64,000 nucleotides of DNA from positions 3,928 through 67,927 of the forward strand of contig JBMORM010000017.1 of the NCBI GenBank assembly GCA_049322675.1, read 5' to 3'. Shown here piece after piece: positions 59,199-64,000 of the stretch. Below the pieces are notes generated by a model. It worked only from the letters and a program-made list of their open reading frames with translations, ran no database searches and was not told where the DNA came from. Positions within the stretch are counted from its first letter, which is position 1, and each line of letters opens with the position of its first letter. This DNA comes from Patescibacteria group bacterium (lineage in GTDB: Bacteria > Patescibacteriota > JAHJAL01). The translations under genes were made by a program, and so were the position numbers.

Positions 59199-60065
59199 AT
59201 GAAACAGATTAATTTTAAAGCAAAATTGGGTTATTTTGGTCGTCAAATAGAGATGGAACGAGTCTTGATACTTGATTTGTGGAGATTTTTTATTGTAGTG
59301 ACTGTTTTGGTGTTATTGGGAATGGTTTTTAGATTTGAAGAAAATAAAATATTTGACAGTCAGGTTTCGAATCAATTATCTAGACGGATTGAACAAAAAA
59401 TCCATCAAATAATTGTCAATGAAGGGCAGTATTTTTCTTCTTATAAGACGGATTCCAGGTGGGATTATGTTTTAAAAAATTTCCCTGAGATGGCTTATGA
59501 ACCTTTTGTTGGGTTGGGTCGTTTGGATGAAACGAAAAATGGTTTTTTTGGTGATTTTGATTTTAAAACTTTTGAGACTTTTTTGCCGAAAAGTTATCGA
59601 GATTCGTTGTATTTTTCCAAGGGCGACTCAGTGTTGTTGATAGAACCGATGGGGATTAATGAAGAAAAAAATGAGCCGGATATAGTCAAGGAAAGATTGA
59701 TTTATGATGATATTTATCCTGGGGTATTGGTAGTCAGGATGTTCAATAGTCTTGGCATTAAAGATTATTTCATTATTAAAGAGGAAAATTCTGTTAGAGA
59801 GATTGATTTTAAGTTAAATTACAATGGAGGTCGGATTGAAAAAGAACCAAATGGGACAGTGGCTTTTTTTGATGAGTCGGGTGAAGCTAAGTTTGTGATT
59901 AGTAAGTTGATTGGCGTTGACTCATCGGGAAAAAGAATAGATGATAAACTTGAATACAGGTTGGAAGATAATATTCTTAAAATTATTCTAAATATTGAAG
60001 ATTCTGATATGAATTATCCTTTGATGGTCGATCCTTTTGTGTATTTCGGGGGGTCAGATGACTAA
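59199..60065 (+). CDS. Hypothetical membrane-anchored protein
   Basis: One TM; IYPGV...GIKD...YPLMVDP pattern seen in N-terminal regions of large surface proteins. Confidence 0.6.
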   Translation: MKQINFKAKLGYFGRQIEMERVLILDLWRFFIVVTVLVLLGMVFRFEENKIFDSQVSNQLSRRIEQKIHQIIVNEGQYFSSYKTDSRWDYVLKNFPEMAYEPFVGLGRLDETKNGFFGDFDFKTFETFLPKSYRDSLYFSKGDSVLLIEPMGINEEKNEPDIVKERLIYDDIYPGVLVVRMFNSLGIKDYFIIKEENSVREIDFKLNYNGGRIEKEPNGTVAFFDESGEAKFVISKLIGVDSSGKRIDDKLEYRLEDNILKIILNIEDSDMNYPLMVDPFVYFGGSDD

Positions 60066-61110
60066 GCTGCTTAATAAAGTATTGATGGTTGCGGTTTTGA
60101 TACTCTTAAATATTTTTGGTGTTCAAACTTTGGTTTTGGCGTCTGATTTTAAAGATGAATTGTCCAATTCTATGTTTGCTGAAAATAGCGTGCATAGGTT
60201 AAGTTTTGTTTTGGATAATACTTCGATAGTGACTGATGGTAGTATGAAGATAAGTTTTGATGATGATTTTGATCTTTCAGCAATAACTTCTGGAGATGTT
60301 GCAATAAGTGGTGGAGATGTGATTTGGGGTGGAAAGTTGATTAATCCAGGAGCACGAACGATAGTGGTTCAATTTGCTGGAGATTTAAATAGTGTGGATG
60401 GAGAAATTGTAGTAGAGATTGGTAATATGAATTTCGTTACAAATCCTTTTTCTGTTGGTAATTTTGAAGTAGGTTATGGTTTGTATAATTCACTGGATGG
60501 CACTGGTTTGGAAGTAACTGGAAGTGTAACAAAAGTTCATATTGATGAGGGGATACAAGTTAGTGCCTCGGTTTCAGAGATTTTGGTTTTTAATGTTTCT
60601 GGTGTTGGAACAGGTGAGACGGTTAATGGTTTTCTTACTAATACGTCTTCATCTTCAAATATGATTGATTTTGGAACAATGTTTGGTGCAGGAAATAAGA
60701 TTGCTGCTCATGATCTGTCGGTATTAACAAATGCCCCTTTTGGTTATGTAGTCGAGATGATCAGTAATCATAAGTTGGAGAGTGGGTCCAATTTTGTATC
60801 TGATTTTGTAGGAACGAATGTCTCTCCTGTTAATTGGATAGCGCCGAGTGGAGGCATAGAAGGTTATTTTGGATATACTACGGATGATTTGACATTGGGA
60901 AATATACCCGCCAATCGGTTTTCGGGGGGTAAATGGGCAGGTTTTTCGTCAGCGGTGGGTTATGAGATAATGCATCACAATGGTCCAGCTGATGGCGCGA
61001 CGACAAACGAAGGAAAAAATAGAGTTGGTTATCGTTTACAAATATCGGATTTTCAACCTTCCGGAGTTTATGGTATGACGGTCACCTATGTGTGTGTACC
61101 TTCGTTTTAG
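60058..61110 (+). CDS. Secreted beta-rich surface protein (WxL-like C-terminus)
   Basis: Signal peptide; IDFG, V.TNA..GY, GVY...VTY ending. Confidence 0.6.
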   Translation: MTKLLNKVLMVAVLILLNIFGVQTLVLASDFKDELSNSMFAENSVHRLSFVLDNTSIVTDGSMKISFDDDFDLSAITSGDVAISGGDVIWGGKLINPGARTIVVQFAGDLNSVDGEIVVEIGNMNFVTNPFSVGNFEVGYGLYNSLDGTGLEVTGSVTKVHIDEGIQVSASVSEILVFNVSGVGTGETVNGFLTNTSSSSNMIDFGTMFGAGNKIAAHDLSVLTNAPFGYVVEMISNHKLESGSNFVSDFVGTNVSPVNWIAPSGGIEGYFGYTTDDLTLGNIPANRFSGGKWAGFSSAVGYEIMHHNGPADGATTNEGKNRVGYRLQISDFQPSGVYGMTVTYVCVPSF

Positions 61111-62042
61111 GAGAGAAGGATTTTTTTTAAATCGTTTATTTGCTGTTTGATTTTTTTTGGGTTAGAGATAATTTGATGTGTTGTTTGTAGAATAGGTAAT
61201 TTAGTTTTTGTTTTATTGGCAAGTAATAAGATTGGTTTAATATTCAACTCACCTTCAACGGTGATTTTTTGATGGTGTTGCAATCTGTTACCAAATTGGA
61301 AGTTTCGACTTTTGGGGTTATAGCTAGTAGCAATTAAATCTCCAAGAAAAGAAATATTATATATCTCTTTCCAGTCTAGGTTATTTTTTAGGTAGAAATC
61401 TTTTGTTTCTTGAAGTATTTTGTCTAAACAAAGAGATTTTGTGTTCATACCGAGAGAAGCGTGATGCAATATTCCAAAACAGATGGCGTAGCAATTTTTC
61501 AGAATTCCTCCAAATTCGCTTTCCAGAACATGATTGGTAATTATTGGATTGAAATTTTTGGTAGCAAAGAATTGTTGTACTTCTTTGGCGGTTTTTAATT
61601 GATTTGAAGCGATAATGACAGAGGTTGGTTCGTCATTTATTATTTCGTGTGAAAAAGTGGGACCAGAAAAAACGGCAAAATTTTTTGGTGATAGCCAGGG
61701 GGTTACTTTTTGGCTGATTGTATATTGGGAATTTTGATAAAATCCTTTACTGACACTGATTATTTTTTGTTGATTGTATATTGGCTGTAGAGTTTGATAA
61801 AAAATGTCAATTATTGCACTTGGAAGACATGGGATTAGATATTGGGATTTTTTTATTACATCTGACATTGACGGCAGAGGAATAATATTTTTTTTATGTT
61901 GTATTTTTTTATTTTGCAGTAATTTATCTATATTATTCTGATTTACGTCATAAATATAGATTTGATGGTTGTTTTTGTTAATAAGGTAAGCTAAAGCGGT
62001 ACCGAGTGATCCCGTACCGATGATTCCTATCTTTTTTTTCAT
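61107..62042 (-). CDS. gpsA: NAD(P)H-dependent glycerol-3-phosphate dehydrogenase
   Basis: GIIGTGSLG, SKG, SGPTF, E.GG.LKN, GDL.AT...SRN, VEG; start moved to MKKK because the longer ORF overlaps a tRNA. Confidence 0.9.
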   Translation of the reverse strand: MKKKIGIIGTGSLGTALAYLINKNNHQIYIYDVNQNNIDKLLQNKKIQHKKNIIPLPSMSDVIKKSQYLIPCLPSAIIDIFYQTLQPIYNQQKIISVSKGFYQNSQYTISQKVTPWLSPKNFAVFSGPTFSHEIINDEPTSVIIASNQLKTAKEVQQFFATKNFNPIITNHVLESEFGGILKNCYAICFGILHHASLGMNTKSLCLDKILQETKDFYLKNNLDWKEIYNISFLGDLIATSYNPKSRNFQFGNRLQHHQKITVEGELNIKPILLLANKTKTKLPILQTTHQIISNPKKIKQQINDLKKILLS

Positions 62043-62060
62043 AATAATTCTTAAAATAAA

Positions 62061-62134
62061 CGTCCCCCGAAGGATTCGAACCCTCAACCTCTTGGTCCGA
62101 AGCCAAGCGCTCTATCCAGTTGAGCTAGGGAGAC
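62061..62134 (-). tRNA. tRNA-Arg(TCG)
   Basis: Reverse complement: GTCTCCC/GGGGGAC; loop CT-TCG-GA. Confidence 0.95.
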
Positions 62135-62247
62135 TCGTCGGAGTCGTTCTTATCGTTTCACGAGAGCCCTAAATCGGTCTCTCGTTTCACTATCAGAACG
62201 TCTCCTTCTCTTCCAAAAAATTTCTTCGACAATTTTTTGGAAGAGGG
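62135..62247 (-). ncRNA. Candidate structured RNA abutting tRNA-Arg(TCG) 5' end (copy 2)
   Basis: Homologous to 41997-42104; ends in gacga directly at tRNA position 1. Confidence 0.55.
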
Positions 62248-62333
62248 ATATCGGATGGATTGTTAAGTAATTTAATTCTCGGGTATTATAATTATAAAGG
62301 ATTATGTAAATGGAAAAAAGGGGTTTTGGGTAT

Positions 62334-62457
62334 AAAAAACCGACCCAGGTCTTTTGAGGCTACAACTTTGATTCAAGATGGCGTGAGCCGAATTGTCAAA
62401 GATTGTAGTTGGTCCCCAGCGGCACGAGGTCAGTATTTTTTTGTAAAACTTGTTTAC
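62334..62457 (-). ncRNA. Candidate rod-like small RNA
   Basis: Long interrupted hairpin with G:U pairs on - strand, upstream promoter, downstream U tract. Confidence 0.4.
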
Positions 62458-62463
62458 GTTACT

Positions 62464-62492
62464 AATCTATCACATTTATTATTATTTGTCAA
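62464..62492 (-). promoter_or_regulatory. Sigma70 promoter (TTGACA-17-TAGATT, extended -10 TG)
   Basis: tgtcaa 62487-62492 and aatcta 62464-62469 on + strand. Confidence 0.65.
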
Positions 62493-62533
62493 TAGTATTT
62501 GTGTCAATATTGTTTATTATATTTTATTTTCCT

Positions 62534-64000
62534 ATGTCAATTTCTTCAAATTTAAAAGCTAAATTGAAAATTCTACCCGAATCGAGTGGGGTATATGTAA
62601 TGGTTGATAACAAAAATACTGTTATATATGTTGGAAAGGCAAAGATATTGAAAAATAGAGTAAAAAGTTATTTCAATCGCAAAATTGAAGATAAAAAAGT
62701 AAAACAGTTGCTAAAAAATATCACTGATTTGAGCTGGATCGAAACTGAAAACGAAATGGAAGCGCTGATGCTGGAGACAAATTTGATCAAAAAATATCGC
62801 CCAAAATACAATATTTTAATGAAGGATGATAAAAATTATATTTATTTGAAAGTTACCAATGATGAATATCCGAGGGTTTTGTTGGTTAGAAAAATATTTA
62901 AAGACGGAAGCAAATATTTTGGTCCGTATACAGACAAATATGAAGTGCAAGAATTGTTGAAGATGCTAAACAGATTGTTTCCATTTTTTACTTATGCTAA
63001 TCAAAGTGGTGTTGCTCCCATGAATAGTCGAGCAGGAAAGGAACTTTTTTATAAACGAGCCAAGACCGTTTGGGGAGATATTACGCAAGTAGATATTTAT
63101 CAACATATGATATCTGATTTTGTGGCGTTTATGCGAGGCAAAAGTCAGGCGGTTGAAGAATTTTTTGTTATGGAGATGAATAAAGCTTCAGTAGAAAAGG
63201 ATTTTGAAATGGCGGCTTGGATTAGAGATAGAATCGCTCAATTAAGAAAAATGATGGTAAGACAAATAGTGATTATTCCCAGGCCTGAGAACATTGATGT
63301 TGTTAATTACGCGGAAAAAGAAGGGAGAGGTTTTGTTTGCATTTTGATAGTCAGGTTTGGTAAGTTGGTGGATATAAAATATTTTGAGATTATTAATCAT
63401 GCCGATAAGAGTGTTTCGGATGTAATTCAAAAGTTATTATTGGATTATTATGTGTTGACACTTGATTTTCCGGAGAAAATATATTGTGTTGAAAATTTAC
63501 CTGACCATGATTTGGTGGAAAAATTTTTGATAAATAGAACAAAAAGACGAATCAAAATTAAATATCCAAAGCGAGGAGCGGGGTTAAGATTATTGAATTT
63601 AGCTGGAAGAAACGCTAGATCGGAGGTTAATCGAAGAACAATATTGACTGATTATGCTCGGAATAATAGCGTGGGATTAAGAAGTCTTTTAGAGTCTGTG
63701 GTGGGAGATAAAAAAGCAGAGAAGTGGTGGAATGAAATTATTAGAGATAAAATTTTTCGTATTGAGGCTTTTGATATCTCAAATTTGGGAGAAAAAGGAG
63801 TTGTAGGAGCTTTGGTAGTTTGGGAAATAAAACCTAAGTTACTTAAAGAAAAACGTGCGGAAAAAATAGAAAATTGGTCTGGTGATTTTAATAAAAGTTG
63901 TTATAAAAGGTTTAAGATTAAATCTTTTGTTGGGCAAAATGATTTTTTATCTTTACGGGAGGTGTTTGGTCGGAGATTTGCTCGAAGAAACGATGGATGG
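62534..64000 (+). CDS. uvrC: Excinuclease ABC subunit C (partial; absent from ORF track because it runs off the window)
   Basis: LPESSGVY.M...VIYVGKAK.LKNRVKSYF, PKYNILMKDDK, FE.AA..RD, RIEAFDISN. Confidence 0.95.
   Translation, partial: MSISSNLKAKLKILPESSGVYVMVDNKNTVIYVGKAKILKNRVKSYFNRKIEDKKVKQLLKNITDLSWIETENEMEALMLETNLIKKYRPKYNILMKDDKNYIYLKVTNDEYPRVLLVRKIFKDGSKYFGPYTDKYEVQELLKMLNRLFPFFTYANQSGVAPMNSRAGKELFYKRAKTVWGDITQVDIYQHMISDFVAFMRGKSQAVEEFFVMEMNKASVEKDFEMAAWIRDRIAQLRKMMVRQIVIIPRPENIDVVNYAEKEGRGFVCILIVRFGKLVDIKYFEIINHADKSVSDVIQKLLLDYYVLTLDFPEKIYCVENLPDHDLVEKFLINRTKRRIKIKYPKRGAGLRLLNLAGRNARSEVNRRTILTDYARNNSVGLRSLLESVVGDKKAEKWWNEIIRDKIFRIEAFDISNLGEKGVVGALVVWEIKPKLLKEKRAEKIENWSGDFNKSCYKRFKIKSFVGQNDFLSLREVFGRRFARRNDGW

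Noticed and set aside
62135-62247. Hammerhead ribozyme (ctgata...gaaa)
   Set aside because: Core is not CUGAnGA, and the homologous copy has ctggtg and gcaa, so catalytic residues are not conserved.
62260-62562. 100-aa + strand ORF upstream of uvrC
   Set aside because: TTG start, no motif, overlaps the uvrC start, the opposite-strand promoter and the structured RNA candidate.
965-63430. Numerous 60-180 aa ORFs overlapping well-supported genes
   Set aside because: Shadow or alternate-frame ORFs without motifs or RBS.

Overview
64 kb of chromosomal DNA from an AT-rich bacterium using genetic code 11. The gene content (short HrcA, split ComEC, CPR-type Cys-rich protein, tRNAs without encoded CCA, few biosynthetic genes) suggests Patescibacteria/CPR; this assignment is an inference. 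The + strand is strongly G/T-rich throughout, consistent with a leading strand. The window holds a surface-glycan cluster (flippase, GT2, two GT4, three O-antigen-ligase-like proteins), a K+-independent H+-PPase, uppS, comEC, a CIRCE/hrcA-grpE-hsp20-dnaK-dnaJ operon, lepA, a Xer recombinase, rarA, gpsA, a partial uvrC, several cell-wall hydrolases and surface proteins, and 11 tRNA genes. Four things stand out. (1) A tandem array of paralogous small membrane proteins, pilin-like, two with Cys-Tyr tails, each ending in a 32-33 bp repeat that also encodes the start of a radical SAM/SPASM enzyme: a candidate new protein-modification system. (2) A conserved, covarying ~110-nt structured element that directly abuts the 5' ends of two unrelated tRNA genes. 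(3) Families of heptamer-repeat/palindromic mini-elements, one with a nested 27-bp insert, that have entered protein-coding genes in frame. (4) A promoter-driven rod-like ncRNA candidate upstream of uvrC. All product calls come from motif recognition by eye; no database searches were run.
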